Positions 48,301 to 58,180 of a stretch of 64,000 nucleotides of DNA are shown here, piece after piece. Location: the NCBI GenBank assembly GCA_934254675.1, contig CAKQLP010000002.1:96596-160595 (forward strand), written 5' to 3'. Made by a program: the position numbers and the translations under genes. This DNA comes from an uncultured Alphaproteobacteria bacterium (GTDB lineage: Bacteria; Pseudomonadota; Alphaproteobacteria; RF32; CAG-239). Below the pieces are notes generated by a model, which saw nothing but the letters and a program-made list of their open reading frames with translations, did not search any database and was not told where the DNA came from. How positions within the stretch are numbered: position 1 is the stretch's first letter; each line of letters opens with the position of its first letter.

Positions 48301-48857
48301 GACACATCAAAGATGTGGGTATCGCTTTATATCAGCATATGCTTGAAGAAGAAATTGCCCGTCAGAAAGCCGGCCAAGCGGAAGAAACGCAAACCATCGG
48401 ATATAGCGATTGGGCACCGCAAATTACAACCGGTGTACCGCTGATGATTCCGGAAAGTTATGTCAAGGATTTGGGTGTGCGTTTGGGACTGTATAAACGT
48501 ATCGGCTCCTTAAAAGACAAAGACGAATTGTTGGATATGCGCGAAGAATTAATTGATCGTTTCGGGGCAATTCCGCCGGAAGTGGAAAATTTGTTGCAAA
48601 CCATAGAAATCAAACAGCTTTGTTATGCGGCTAATGTGGCGAAAGTTGACGCCGGTGCCAAAGGAATTTTGATTACTTTCCGCAATAACACTTTTGCCGC
48701 GGCGGATAAATTGATTGATTGGGTGACAAAGTCGTTTGGCGTGTTGCAAATTCGTCCGGATCAAAAATTGTTTGTGGCGAAAGATTTAACACAATATACC
48801 GTGCGAATTAAAGAAATTAACGCTATTATTTGTAAGTTAAAAGATATGTGTTTGTAA
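45384..48857 (+). CDS. mfd: transcription-repair coupling factor
   Basis: 1157 aa. UvrB-homology N-terminus, CarD-like RID (GELVVHIEHGIGRF), GDVGFGKTEVA, DEEQHFG, TRG motif, C-terminal D7. Confidence 0.97.
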   Translation: MIMRKDVNVWAGKTVSSVADGYESFVLAQIANAKKPVIYIASDGVSLAQTATMLRFLHPEYEVLEFPAWDTVPYDRVSPNSALSAKRIETLAKIVFYDGKTPLVVVTSVGAVLQKLAPAKIFRNARKLVKVGEKLDFDSFLHYVSLNGYTRVEQVMEPGEYAVRGDITDIFPSGMENPLRIDLFDDEVERLRIFDAVSQRTIGDLQQYEFQVASEVLLDANTIRNFREQYRELFGADGLHDEIYEAISNGQKYIGMENWLPLFYNDVLPTLFDYLPNAQVVAGKNIEESLKAKTEGIADYYEARLEALQVKGKQETDAYRPLPPKKLYMSADEFTAKLEDRQAVYFTPLTIAANDKVVELKTIPGRDFVHARHISNAAVYEELRDYLTENGKLKRIVCCYTEGSRERLRSLMTDYDIKNTALVDTWTEALRACAQKKIALVMVELAHGFRDDEYCLISEQDILGERQHRKAKKVSSKDFIADVSALSVGELVVHIEHGIGRFLGLENIMAGGAPHDCLKIVYAHDDKLFVPVENIDVISRYGSDDENVQLDVLGGAAWQAKKAKVKAKIKDIAEKLIKIAAERHLKTADVFMAPSGAYDEFCAKFPYSETDDQLHAIKDVIQDLSAGEPMDRLVCGDVGFGKTEVALRAAFTVAMSGAQVALIVPTTLLARQHYLNFVERMKGFPIRVRMLSRLSTPKEVRETKQGLAEGSVEIVIGTHALLSKDVQFCNLGLLIVDEEQHFGVAHKEKIKALKSDVHVLTLSATPIPRTLQLSLTGVKQLSIIATPPVDRLAARTFVMPFDKVMIKEAIYREKFRGGQTFFVCPRVSDIADILETLQNLVPDIKIAVAHGQMPAKQLEDIMCDFADGKYDVLLSTTIIESGIDMPRVNTMIIHRADMFGLAQLYQLRGRVGRSKVRGYCYFTVPARKKLNPVAEKRLSILQALDTLGAGFSLASHDLDIRGSGNVLGTEQSGHIKDVGIALYQHMLEEEIARQKAGQAEETQTIGYSDWAPQITTGVPLMIPESYVKDLGVRLGLYKRIGSLKDKDELLDMREELIDRFGAIPPEVENLLQTIEIKQLCYAANVAKVDAGAKGILITFRNNTFAAADKLIDWVTKSFGVLQIRPDQKLFVAKDLTQYTVRIKEINAIICKLKDMCL

Positions 48858-48868
48858 ATTGAAAGAGA

Positions 48869-49807
48869 GTGTGTGTCGTGGAAAAATTTAATAAAAAAGA
48901 GATTGAAAGCTTGTCGGATGTTTTTGCTGTTTGGATGGGAGGATATCCTGAGAAAACTTCAGAAATTCGAAACTTTTTGCAAGAGACGCATTTGGAAAAG
49001 CTTTTTAGCGTGACGGATATTGACAATATTTTATATCACCATGGTTATTTTACATCGGAAACCTCTCGGGCGGTTTTTGCGGTTATGCCAACCGAATTTG
49101 TGGTCGGCGGTAAAAAAATGACGATTTTCGCACAGACTTTAAATCGTTTGAATATTCAGGAATCGCGGCAGAAAAATAGCGCATTGATTAATGCTTCTTT
49201 TTTGGCGGTAAAACAATTGGTCACTTTGTACGAAGATGAAAAGAAAAAATATCTTGCGGAAAATTATAATCGTTTGCGTCGTCAAAATTACTTGCGAAAC
49301 CATCCGGATGCCGCTCAAAAAGCATATGAACGGCAGAAACAAAATTTGAGTGAAGAAAAAAAAGAAGAAAAAAAAGAAAAAGCCCGCTTACGCATGCGAA
49401 AATATCGCGCTGAACATCCGGATATTACACCTAAAAAAACGTTACGCAGATTGACTCCGTTGGAAGAAACGTTAGAAAAAATAAAAAATCGGCGCCGAAA
49501 TAAAGAATATAGAGAAAAAAATAAAGAAAAAATAAGTTTGAAAAATAAAACTTACCGCGCTAAAAAAATGGCAGAAAATCCCGAGGAATTTAAAGAAAAA
49601 GAACGAGAATACAACCATTCGGAAAAGCGTCGGCAAGTTAGCCAGAACTATTATGAGCGGCATAAAGATGAAATAAGTCGTCGAGCTAAAGAAAATCCTA
49701 AAACAGCTCTTTATAAACAACGTTATAAACGAAAAAAACGTTTGGAAAAAACAGGTCCGAAAATATTAAATATATTATCAAGCATAATTCAAAGCCGCGC
49801 TAAATAA
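48869..49807 (+). CDS. hypothetical protein with a highly basic repetitive C-terminal half
   Basis: ORF 11 nt after mfd. C-terminal 190 aa are K/R/E-rich with recurring Y-x3-(N/H)-P-(E/D) motifs. Confidence 0.5.
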   Translation: MCVVEKFNKKEIESLSDVFAVWMGGYPEKTSEIRNFLQETHLEKLFSVTDIDNILYHHGYFTSETSRAVFAVMPTEFVVGGKKMTIFAQTLNRLNIQESRQKNSALINASFLAVKQLVTLYEDEKKKYLAENYNRLRRQNYLRNHPDAAQKAYERQKQNLSEEKKEEKKEKARLRMRKYRAEHPDITPKKTLRRLTPLEETLEKIKNRRRNKEYREKNKEKISLKNKTYRAKKMAENPEEFKEKEREYNHSEKRRQVSQNYYERHKDEISRRAKENPKTALYKQRYKRKKRLEKTGPKILNILSSIIQSRAK

Positions 49808-49877
49808 ATATATTGTAGCTTGACAGTTTTAGCGGTGTTTTGTATGCTTTTTATAATCTTTTTAAGGGGAAAATTAA

Positions 49878-50792
49878 ATGAGTTTGGTTTCGGTGATTGT
49901 GCCGGTTTATAATGTGGCGAAATATTTACCGCAATGTTTGGAAAGTTTATTGGCGCAAACTTATGCAAATTTTGAAGTTATTTGCATAGACGATGGCAGC
50001 ACGGATAACAGTTTGCAAATTTTAGAGGATTATCAGCAAAAAGATTTGCGGATAAAGTTTTTTTCAAAGAAAAACGGCGGACCATCTTTAACTCGAAACT
50101 ATGGTATGAAAAAGGCCAAAGGCGAATATGTTTGTTTTTTAGATTCTGATGATTTTGTAGATTCAGCTTTTTTAGAAATTATGTTGAAAGAAATTCAAGA
50201 CGCCGACGTTGTGGTTTGTTCATATCAGGATGTTGATGCCAATGGCGAATTTTCTCCTGATAAAAAAGAACTTACTTATACGGTTGAAAGGTGGCGCGCG
50301 CCGGAATATTTCAGCAAATCCAAAGATATGGGGCTAACAGTATGGGGAAAATTATATCGGCGGTCAATTTTAGAGGGCTATGAATTTGATGAAAATTGTT
50401 TTTTCTCGGAAGATGTATTGTTTCATTCCGCTGTTTTTGCTCAGAATCTGAAACTAAATGTTTTTGACGCACCTTTGGTTTATTATCGTCATACGCCAAA
50501 TTCTTTGCTACACGCCAAAGCTTCGGTGCGTAAAGTTATGTCTTTGTTGGTGGTGGCCGAAAAAATCAGTCTTGCCTATAAAAATTCTTCTTTATGGCCT
50601 GATGTTTATCAAAATCGAGTGGTCAAATCTGTGGCCAACGCCTTGAAATATGCAGCGCGCTGTGATGATAAACAAGGTCTGTCCGCCAAATTTTATCCTA
50701 AATTGAAACAAATGAGGCGAGAACAAAATTTAAGTTTTCGCGGCCTATCGTTGAGTAAAAAAATTGCTTTATTTAAGGCGTTGTATTTATAA
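49878..50792 (+). CDS. glycosyltransferase family 2
   Basis: VSVIVPVYNVAKYLPQCLESLLAQTY, DDGSTD, DSDD motifs. Confidence 0.9.
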   Translation: MSLVSVIVPVYNVAKYLPQCLESLLAQTYANFEVICIDDGSTDNSLQILEDYQQKDLRIKFFSKKNGGPSLTRNYGMKKAKGEYVCFLDSDDFVDSAFLEIMLKEIQDADVVVCSYQDVDANGEFSPDKKELTYTVERWRAPEYFSKSKDMGLTVWGKLYRRSILEGYEFDENCFFSEDVLFHSAVFAQNLKLNVFDAPLVYYRHTPNSLLHAKASVRKVMSLLVVAEKISLAYKNSSLWPDVYQNRVVKSVANALKYAARCDDKQGLSAKFYPKLKQMRREQNLSFRGLSLSKKIALFKALYL

Positions 50793-50849
50793 GGGAAAAT
50801 AGAATGTTTAATCCTAAAATAGCTTTTTATTTTGAATAAGGAATAATAT

Positions 50850-51740
50850 ATGTACGTTATCACTAAAATAGAAAAATTTTTTACCCGTTTAGGCTTAGGA
50901 ATTATTCCGCTTGAAAATAAAAAATTTATTCGTAAGAAAGTTTTGGCAATGCTGGATAAAAAGTATTTGCGCCGCTATCTTTCAGCTTTAAATGAAATTC
51001 AGAAAAATACAGAAACCGCTGTGAAAAATAGAGAGATTATTTGGACTTGTTGGTTGCAAGGTGAAGAAAAGGCGCCCGCTGTGGTTAAGGCTTGTTTGGC
51101 GCAAATGCGGAAAATGGAAGCAAACCGTAAAATTGTGGTGATAACGCGTGAAAATATTCGCCAATATGTTACACTGCCGGACTATATTTGGGAAAAGTGG
51201 CAAAAAGGCATTATCGGTAATACTCATTTTTCGGATATTTTACGCGTTTGTCTTTTGTATGAACATGGTGGAATTTGGCTGGACGCAACAGCATATTTGC
51301 TTAAACCGATCGTTCCAGAAATTGTTGACGCACCATTTTTTGCATATCATAGTCGCACTTACTTGAGAATTTATCCGCAAGTTTTGGGAAACAATAACTG
51401 GTTTTTGGTTAGTAATCCGCGGCATCCTTTAATTGCCGGCATCAGAGCAATGCTTTTTGCCTATTGGCGGCACGAAAACTCTACAATTCATTATTTTATC
51501 TATCATTTGATGTTTGATTTGATGGTTGAAAACAATGAATTATGCGCTGAAGAATGGCGAAAAGTTCCATTGTTTTACGATGATAACGAAGAACTATATG
51601 AAAACTTTTTAAAGCCTTACAACGCAAAACTTTTGGCTGAAATAGCCGAGAGAAATCCTGTGCAAAAACTGAGTTATAAATATACTCAGGAGCCAACAGC
51701 TGATTTTACGTTTGAAAAATTTGTTTTAGCTGAAAAATAA
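50850..51740 (+). CDS. capsular polysaccharide synthesis-type glycosyltransferase (Caps_synth / DXD sugar-binding family)
   Basis: IIWTCWLQG..., FSDILRVCLLYEHGGIWLDATAY motif. Confidence 0.65.
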   Translation: MYVITKIEKFFTRLGLGIIPLENKKFIRKKVLAMLDKKYLRRYLSALNEIQKNTETAVKNREIIWTCWLQGEEKAPAVVKACLAQMRKMEANRKIVVITRENIRQYVTLPDYIWEKWQKGIIGNTHFSDILRVCLLYEHGGIWLDATAYLLKPIVPEIVDAPFFAYHSRTYLRIYPQVLGNNNWFLVSNPRHPLIAGIRAMLFAYWRHENSTIHYFIYHLMFDLMVENNELCAEEWRKVPLFYDDNEELYENFLKPYNAKLLAEIAERNPVQKLSYKYTQEPTADFTFEKFVLAEK

Positions 51741-51849
51741 GCGGCTTATAAAAAATTTGGCAATTTTTTATATCGTTATTGACAACAACTTGTTTTATCG
51801 TTAAAGTACGGATATCTATAATAAATTTGAGGTAGTTAAAAAATAAATT

Positions 51850-53166
51850 ATGAGTAGTCCCATATTTGTGTATGTTTTCAATCTTTTTTTGGTTTTTCTT
51901 TTAGTTTTTTTCAATGCGTTTTTTGTGGTTTCTGAATTTTCCATTGTAAAAATTCGCCGCACAAAGTTGGAGGAATTGGCTCAAAACGGCAGTAAACGGG
52001 CTAAAATCGGTCTAAAAATTAATGATAATCTAAATACTTATTTAAGTGCGATTCAGTTGGGCATTACTTTGGCTTCTTTGGGACTGGGATGGATTGGCGA
52101 GCCTGCGGTTTCTAAACTTTTGGAGGTTATTTTCGGAACATTTTTGAGTGATAATCCGGTTTTGTTGCACTCGTTGAGTTTTGGCGTGGCGTTTAGTCTT
52201 ATCACTTTGTTTCACGTTGTTTTGGGTGAATTGGTGCCAAAATCTTTGGCTATTCAGGATACGGAACGCTATGCTTTGGCTATTGCGCCGGCTCTCTATA
52301 CTTTTAACCATATTTTTTCGCCGTTTATTTGGGTGTTTGACCACGTTACCATCGGTATTTTGAAAATTATGGGTATTCAATCCAGCAATGAAAATGGTGA
52401 CGCTCATTCTGAAGAAGAAATAAAGCTGATTATTGACGCGTCGCAAAAAGACGGAATTATTGACGATACAGAAGGCGAAATTATTCAAAATGCTATTTGT
52501 TTTTCGGAAACTTGTGCGCATGAAATTATGATTCCGCGACAGGATATGAAATGTATTTATAAAAATTCCAGTTACAACGAAGTTATGGATTTTGTCCGCC
52601 GCCATAATCATACGCGTTTTCCGTTGTGTGATAAAGATAAAGACCATATTATCGGTATGGTGCATATTCGGGATATTTTGGAACATCCGGAAGACAAAGA
52701 CGCTAATGACTTTTTGAATCACATTGCTCGCAAAATTTTGTTTGTGCCGGAAAATCACTCTATTTCTGACATTTTACACCAGATGATGCATAAGCATATT
52801 CATTTGGCAATTGTGGTTGACGAATATGGTGGAACAGCCGGATTGATTTCTATGGAAGATATTTTGGAAGAATTGGTTGGGGATATTCGTGATGAACATG
52901 ATGACACCACAATTGAGCCAATTGTAAAAATTGACGATAAATGCTGTGAATTTGACGGACTTTTTTTGGTTGAAGATGCGTTTGATTGTATGGATTTACC
53001 GCATTATGAACCAGAAGAAAGCACTATCGGCGGTTATGTGTTCGCCTTGATTGGGCGCGAACCGAAAGTCGGTGATATAGCAAAAGACGATTATTGCCAA
53101 TACGAAGTTTTAGCGGTAGATAATATGCGTATTACCCGAGTTAAGATAACCAAAATAATTGGGTAA
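51850..53166 (+). CDS. hemolysin/CNNM family protein (DUF21-CBS pair-CorC_HlyC)
   Basis: N-terminal 4-TM DUF21 (SEFSIVKIRRTKLEEL), CBS pair, C-terminal CorC_HlyC domain. Confidence 0.88.
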   Translation: MSSPIFVYVFNLFLVFLLVFFNAFFVVSEFSIVKIRRTKLEELAQNGSKRAKIGLKINDNLNTYLSAIQLGITLASLGLGWIGEPAVSKLLEVIFGTFLSDNPVLLHSLSFGVAFSLITLFHVVLGELVPKSLAIQDTERYALAIAPALYTFNHIFSPFIWVFDHVTIGILKIMGIQSSNENGDAHSEEEIKLIIDASQKDGIIDDTEGEIIQNAICFSETCAHEIMIPRQDMKCIYKNSSYNEVMDFVRRHNHTRFPLCDKDKDHIIGMVHIRDILEHPEDKDANDFLNHIARKILFVPENHSISDILHQMMHKHIHLAIVVDEYGGTAGLISMEDILEELVGDIRDEHDDTTIEPIVKIDDKCCEFDGLFLVEDAFDCMDLPHYEPEESTIGGYVFALIGREPKVGDIAKDDYCQYEVLAVDNMRITRVKITKIIG

Positions 53167-53188
53167 TTTAGTCGAAAAATGTTGAAAT

Positions 53189-53217
53189 AAAAAGGGGGTG
53201 TCGTTTGCGCCCCTTTT
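53189..53217 (+). terminator. intrinsic terminator after the CNNM gene
   Basis: AAAAGGGG / CCCCTTTT stem with a 12-nt loop and a T-run. Confidence 0.65.
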
Positions 53218-53293
53218 ATTGATATATATATATATATTTAAATTTACCTAAGCATCTGTCTTTTCAGCAAAGAATGACTTGCCGAGATGAAAA

Positions 53294-55144
53294 CTATTCT
53301 TTGGCTAAAATGAGAGTGTTGCGTTCTTTAAGCAGTTGCTGATAACGCGCGTAAATATCTGCGGAATTTTCTGGTTGTTGTGTCATCAAAGACATACATT
53401 CTTTTAGTTCAGCGTCTATTTGTTTTAGCTGGATTTCAAGCAATCCGTTATCAATTTCTGCTTTTAGGCCGGGTAAGGTTGATTTTTGAGATTTATACAT
53501 ATTTATTTCCCATAAATCACCGATTTCTGCCGCAAAATTGAGTTTTAATTTTTCAATTAATGTTTCACTGTCAAGATGTTCGTCTTCTTGGTTAATTTCT
53601 ATGATTTCAGCCAAGACTTTGGCCATGCGTGAATCATTTATTTCAAAAGCCGTTAATTTTTCTTCATATTTTTCAATTAGTTCCGGATATAAGAGCATTG
53701 CCGCAATAATACCGCGAATGACTAAATCATTTAGTGGTGGTTTTTTTACAAAATGATAAACAGAGGTGTTTTCTTGTTTAATACGGCGTGCTTTATATGC
53801 TGTTTTTGGGGGATTATTTACTTGAGTTGGTTCATTATTGTTTGGTGTAGGTGTGTTTTTATAGATAGAACCTTTGCCAAACGTATAATAAATCCGCTTT
53901 TTCATTTCTTGGGTATAATAATTGCGAATCTGGTCATCTTTAATTTTTGCAACCTCGTCAAAGGTTTCTTTTTCTATAAGAGCCTTTTGTTCCGGTGTAT
54001 CCGTATCTTTATTCATTTTGCATTTGTGCCACAATATGTCAACCAGTGGTTTGGCTCTTTGTAAATATTGTTCAAATATTGGAGCGCCTAAACTTCTCAA
54101 CAGTTCGTCCGGATCCTTTTTTTCTTTAAGAAAAATGTAGTTTACAGAATAACCGGCTTTGAGAATCGGTAATACTCGGTCAATGGAACGAATAGCGGCT
54201 TTTATACCGGCGCCGTCTCCGTCAAAACAAAGGGTGGGCGTGTTGCATACCCGCCATGCTTCAATAATTTGTTCTTCAGTTAAAGCTGTTCCCAATGGGG
54301 CAACCGCATAGTTAAAATTAAAGCAATCCAGTGCAATCACATCCATGTATCCTTCACAAATAATCAAACGCTTTGAACCATAAGCCGGTTCGCGAGCGTT
54401 ATTCATGTTGTAAAGAATGCGGCGTTTATTAAAAATGGGAGTTTCAGGGGAGTTTAGATACTTGGGCTGACTGTTATCCATAATCCGTCCGCCAAAAGCA
54501 ATGACGTTGCCTTGTTTGTCAATAATCGGTATCATAACTCTTTCTCTGAAAAAATCATGAGGAGAGCGATTCTTGTCTTCTGGAACAGCTATTAAGCCCA
54601 GCTCCGCCATATCGTGTTCCGATACGCCTTTAGACGACAATAATGCTTTTAAGCCGTTATTGTTAGGAGCAAATCCTAGCCGAAATTTTTTGATGGTTTC
54701 ATCACTTAAACCCCGTTTTTCTTTAAAGTAGGCTAATCCTTGAGCGCCAACCGGCATTCTTAGATTCTTTTCAAAAAAAGCACAAGCTATATCCATAATT
54801 TCGTATAAGGATTTTCGTTTCAGGTTTTGCTCTTGGCTTTCTTTTGACCAACTCGGCAATTGCATTCCGACCTTGTCTGCCAATTTTTTTACGGCGTCAA
54901 TAAACGGCAATCCGTTTGCATCCATTTCAAATTTAACAATATCACCATGTGCGCCGCAACCAAAGCAATGATAAAATCCTTTGCTTTCATTTACAGTGAA
55001 TGAAGGTGTTTTTTCATTATGAAAAGGGCATAAGCCAAGATACTCACGCCCTCTTTTTGTCAATTTGACTTTAGTGCCGACAACATCGGCAATCGAAATT
55101 CGACTACGCAATTCATCTAAAAATTTTTGCAAATCGTCATTCAT
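53294..55144 (-). CDS. dnaG: DNA primase
   Basis: Zinc ribbon CPFHNEKTPSFTV...YHCFGCGAHGD, TOPRIM (EGYMDVI, DGDGAG). 616 aa. Confidence 0.96.
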   Translation of the reverse strand: MNDDLQKFLDELRSRISIADVVGTKVKLTKRGREYLGLCPFHNEKTPSFTVNESKGFYHCFGCGAHGDIVKFEMDANGLPFIDAVKKLADKVGMQLPSWSKESQEQNLKRKSLYEIMDIACAFFEKNLRMPVGAQGLAYFKEKRGLSDETIKKFRLGFAPNNNGLKALLSSKGVSEHDMAELGLIAVPEDKNRSPHDFFRERVMIPIIDKQGNVIAFGGRIMDNSQPKYLNSPETPIFNKRRILYNMNNAREPAYGSKRLIICEGYMDVIALDCFNFNYAVAPLGTALTEEQIIEAWRVCNTPTLCFDGDGAGIKAAIRSIDRVLPILKAGYSVNYIFLKEKKDPDELLRSLGAPIFEQYLQRAKPLVDILWHKCKMNKDTDTPEQKALIEKETFDEVAKIKDDQIRNYYTQEMKKRIYYTFGKGSIYKNTPTPNNNEPTQVNNPPKTAYKARRIKQENTSVYHFVKKPPLNDLVIRGIIAAMLLYPELIEKYEEKLTAFEINDSRMAKVLAEIIEINQEDEHLDSETLIEKLKLNFAAEIGDLWEINMYKSQKSTLPGLKAEIDNGLLEIQLKQIDAELKECMSLMTQQPENSADIYARYQQLLKERNTLILAKE

Positions 55145-55159
55145 TGTTTAACCATTGTT

Positions 55160-55612
55160 TTAGGCTAAAAATTTTTTTATGGCAGCAGACGCTGTGCCAA
55201 AATCCATTTGACCGGCATATTTGGCTTTTAAGGCGCCCATTACTTTGCCCATATCGCGAATACCGGTTGCGTTTGTTTCTGCAATAGCTTCTTTTATGGC
55301 TTTGTCAATTTCTTCCGCAGTCAGTTGTTTTGGTAAAAAACGGTTGATAACATCTATTTCTGCTTGTTCTTTTTCTGCTAAATCCGGACGATTGCCTTCA
55401 TTATAGATTTTAATAGATTCATTTCGTTGTTTAATCATTGTTTGCATCATTGATAGCAAATCGGTGTCAGAAGCTTTTTCCAAACCTTTTCCTCGGGCTT
55501 CAACATCTTTTTCTTTTTGACCGGCAATAATTAAGCGAACGGCGTTGACGGTTTTCATATCTTTGTTTTTCATTGCTTCTTTTAAGCTGTTTTGTAAGTC
55601 TTCTCTTAACAT
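55160..55612 (-). CDS. yqeY: GatB/YqeY domain protein
   Basis: 150 aa. LKEAMK..D....AVRLI...K pattern and C-terminal GKVMGALK. Lies upstream of dnaG. Confidence 0.85.
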   Translation of the reverse strand: MLREDLQNSLKEAMKNKDMKTVNAVRLIIAGQKEKDVEARGKGLEKASDTDLLSMMQTMIKQRNESIKIYNEGNRPDLAEKEQAEIDVINRFLPKQLTAEEIDKAIKEAIAETNATGIRDMGKVMGALKAKYAGQMDFGTASAAIKKFLA

Positions 55613-55623
55613 TTTTATCTCCT

Positions 55624-56436
55624 TTATTCTTTATTTGAAACTCTTTTAGCGCGTTGGGCGGACTGCGGAAAAGCGCTTTCATCAAAAACCAGTGTAACCT
55701 TTTTTTCTTCAAAAGAATCGTCTGGTAATAAAATTCTAAAGACAGCGCTAAATTCCGGCTCCAATCTATCCAATGTCAATGTTTTGGTCGTTTCCGATAC
55801 TATTTTACCGCTATTGTTTAGTAAAGTGGCTTTAATTGGCAAAACCAGTGATTTTTTGTTGCCGGCATTATAAATTAAACCCGTGACTTCAACAAATGTT
55901 TTGCCGTGGCGGTCAATATTTTTAATTTTTATATTTTTAAAAACAATTCCTCGTCCTTTATAAATACTTTCAATGCCTAATTTATTATAAAAATTTTCTA
56001 GTTGAGGAATGAAAGAAACCAGTTCAAACCGGTTGGCGTAGCCTATATATAAAGTAAATGCAAACATACAGAGTAACAAAAGGCAATTTATCATAAACGG
56101 CGTAAAAAATAAGATGATTTTACGCTTGAAAAGTTCCCATTTCGTGTCTGACGAACTTTTTCCGCTAAACAATCCCTTAGTATCTTGGGACAGACGATTA
56201 AACATTTTTTGCAAATCGTCTTCTTCTGTGGATTGAGGACTTGCTATTTGAGATTTAACCTGTGCGGACGAAGGTGTGGCAACCGGCTGAGGAGTAGGTG
56301 TCTGAATTTTGTTTTCAACAGGTTTCACCATCCATATTTCGCCGCACTCGGCACATTTAAACTTTTTTCCTTCCGACGGTATTTGATTGTCGGAAACTTG
56401 ATAGACAGCATTACATTTTGGACAACTTATTAACAT
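55624..56436 (-). CDS. zinc-ribbon (MJ0042-type) membrane protein, DUF3426-like
   Basis: MLISCPKCNAVYQV...FKCAECGEIW double CxxC, central TM helix, C-terminal beta-rich domain. Confidence 0.7.
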   Translation of the reverse strand: MLISCPKCNAVYQVSDNQIPSEGKKFKCAECGEIWMVKPVENKIQTPTPQPVATPSSAQVKSQIASPQSTEEDDLQKMFNRLSQDTKGLFSGKSSSDTKWELFKRKIILFFTPFMINCLLLLCMFAFTLYIGYANRFELVSFIPQLENFYNKLGIESIYKGRGIVFKNIKIKNIDRHGKTFVEVTGLIYNAGNKKSLVLPIKATLLNNSGKIVSETTKTLTLDRLEPEFSAVFRILLPDDSFEEKKVTLVFDESAFPQSAQRAKRVSNKE

Positions 56437-56546
56437 TCTAACCTCTTTTTTTTGCACTATATTCTAAAAATCTGCAGAATAAAAGAAAAAAAGTATTTTA
56501 TTAAATGGATTATTGTTATATGCTTGAAAAAACTTGGAGGATAACA

Positions 56547-57266
56547 ATGGAAAACAATCAATCGACCATAACGCAACCCATTATTGATTTACAAAACGTG
56601 GCGGCCGGTTATGATAACCGTGAAGATGTTTTGCAAAATGTTTATTTTTCTTTATTACCGGGGTCTTTTACATTTGTCACGGGAAAAAGCGGCGCCGGCA
56701 AGACAACTCTTTTGAGCATGCTATACCTAATGAAAAAGCCCAGCAAAGGAATTTTGAAAGCATTTGGAAATAATATTAATTTTTCTAATCGTGACACACT
56801 GGCTTTACTGCGGCAAAAAATAGGCGTTGTTTTTCAAGATTTCCGTTTATTGGAACATTTAAACGTTTTTGATAATATAGCTCTGCCTCTGCGAGTTCGC
56901 GGAATGGGAGAAAAAGAAATTTATAAACGCGTGACCGAATTGTTACAATGGGTTGAATTGCATAAAAGCATTTATAAAGTATGCGCTTCCTTATCAGGCG
57001 GTGAAAAACAACGTGTCGCAATAGCACGCGCCGTTATCAATCGTCCGGAAATTTTATTTGCAGATGAGCCGACCGGAAGTGTGGATGCTGAAATAGCCAA
57101 TAAATTGATGCGGCTGTTTGTTGAATTAAATAAAGTTGGAACCACAGTTGTTATCGCGACACACAACGAGCAGCTGACCTCATCATATAATTATCCGCGT
57201 ATAGCTTTGGCAAATGGTTCAGCAAAACTATATCCGGCCTTAGGAAAAGTGGGGAGAAATATTTAA
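56547..57266 (+). CDS. ftsE: cell division ATP-binding protein FtsE
   Basis: GGAGG lies 7 nt before ATG 56547. Walker A GKSGAGKTT, signature LSGGEKQR, Walker B ILFADEPTG. Confidence 0.9.
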   Translation: MENNQSTITQPIIDLQNVAAGYDNREDVLQNVYFSLLPGSFTFVTGKSGAGKTTLLSMLYLMKKPSKGILKAFGNNINFSNRDTLALLRQKIGVVFQDFRLLEHLNVFDNIALPLRVRGMGEKEIYKRVTELLQWVELHKSIYKVCASLSGGEKQRVAIARAVINRPEILFADEPTGSVDAEIANKLMRLFVELNKVGTTVVIATHNEQLTSSYNYPRIALANGSAKLYPALGKVGRNI

Positions 57267-58180
57267 TGAAGAGAGATTTAGTTACCGGCCGCCGCAATGA
57301 AATAACGACAGAAGATGAAGATACATCGACATTTATGTATGTTTTGACATCTATCTATATGTATCTTTTTGTGGTGGTTTTAGCTATTGTGATGGCTATT
57401 AACGCCATGGCAGATAATTGGAAAAAAGATATTATGGGGTCTATAACGGTTCAAATTATTCCGGTGGAAGATGAAAACAAACACATAGATACGGAAAAAA
57501 CAATAGAACAGCAAAATAAAGTTTTACAATTTATGGAAAATCTTTCAGCTGTGGAAAGCGTGAACGCATTAGACACGCAGACTGTTGAAAAATTAATGAC
57601 GCCGTGGCTAGGTAATAAAGTTGATATTTCATCTTTACCTATTCCTGTTTTGTTAGATGTTAAACTTAAAACAAACGCAGAGCTCGATTATGATGAAGTC
57701 ACACGCGGATTGAGACAGATTTCTGAAAACGCTTCTGTCGATAACCATCGTTTGTGGCTAAATCGTTTGATAAAATTTGCATCTTCTTTGAAAAATATAG
57801 CCATGTCTGTTTTACTGATGGTTGTGGCCATTTGTGCTTTTTCTATCTATTATTCAACAAGAACAAGTTTGGGAATTAATCTAAATACAATTGAAATTTT
57901 GCATATTATCGGAGCTAAAGACGACTATATTGCCCGTCAATATGCTCGTAATTTTGCTAAAATAGGCTTCTTTTCGGGTATTATTGGTTTAATGGCCGCG
58001 ATTCCGTGTATAATATTGGTTGGAAAATATGGAATTTCGACAGGAAGCGGACTTATTAAGGGGGCGCAGCTTTCAACGTTGGCTTGGAGTTTAATTATGA
58101 TGACGCCGCTGTTTTCCTTATTATATGCCATGGGAATGTCGTATATAACAGTTCGAAAGTCTTTGGAGAAAATGCTTTAA
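57266..58180 (+). CDS. ftsX: cell division permease FtsX-like
   Basis: Translationally coupled to ftsE. One TM, a periplasmic domain, then three C-terminal TMs. Confidence 0.8.
   Translation: MKRDLVTGRRNEITTEDEDTSTFMYVLTSIYMYLFVVVLAIVMAINAMADNWKKDIMGSITVQIIPVEDENKHIDTEKTIEQQNKVLQFMENLSAVESVNALDTQTVEKLMTPWLGNKVDISSLPIPVLLDVKLKTNAELDYDEVTRGLRQISENASVDNHRLWLNRLIKFASSLKNIAMSVLLMVVAICAFSIYYSTRTSLGINLNTIEILHIIGAKDDYIARQYARNFAKIGFFSGIIGLMAAIPCIILVGKYGISTGSGLIKGAQLSTLAWSLIMMTPLFSLLYAMGMSYITVRKSLEKML

Noticed and set aside
53222-53237. (AT)8 dinucleotide repeat
   Set aside because: It lies in the convergent intergenic space just after a terminator, not in a promoter spacer or coding region, so no regulatory consequence is evident.
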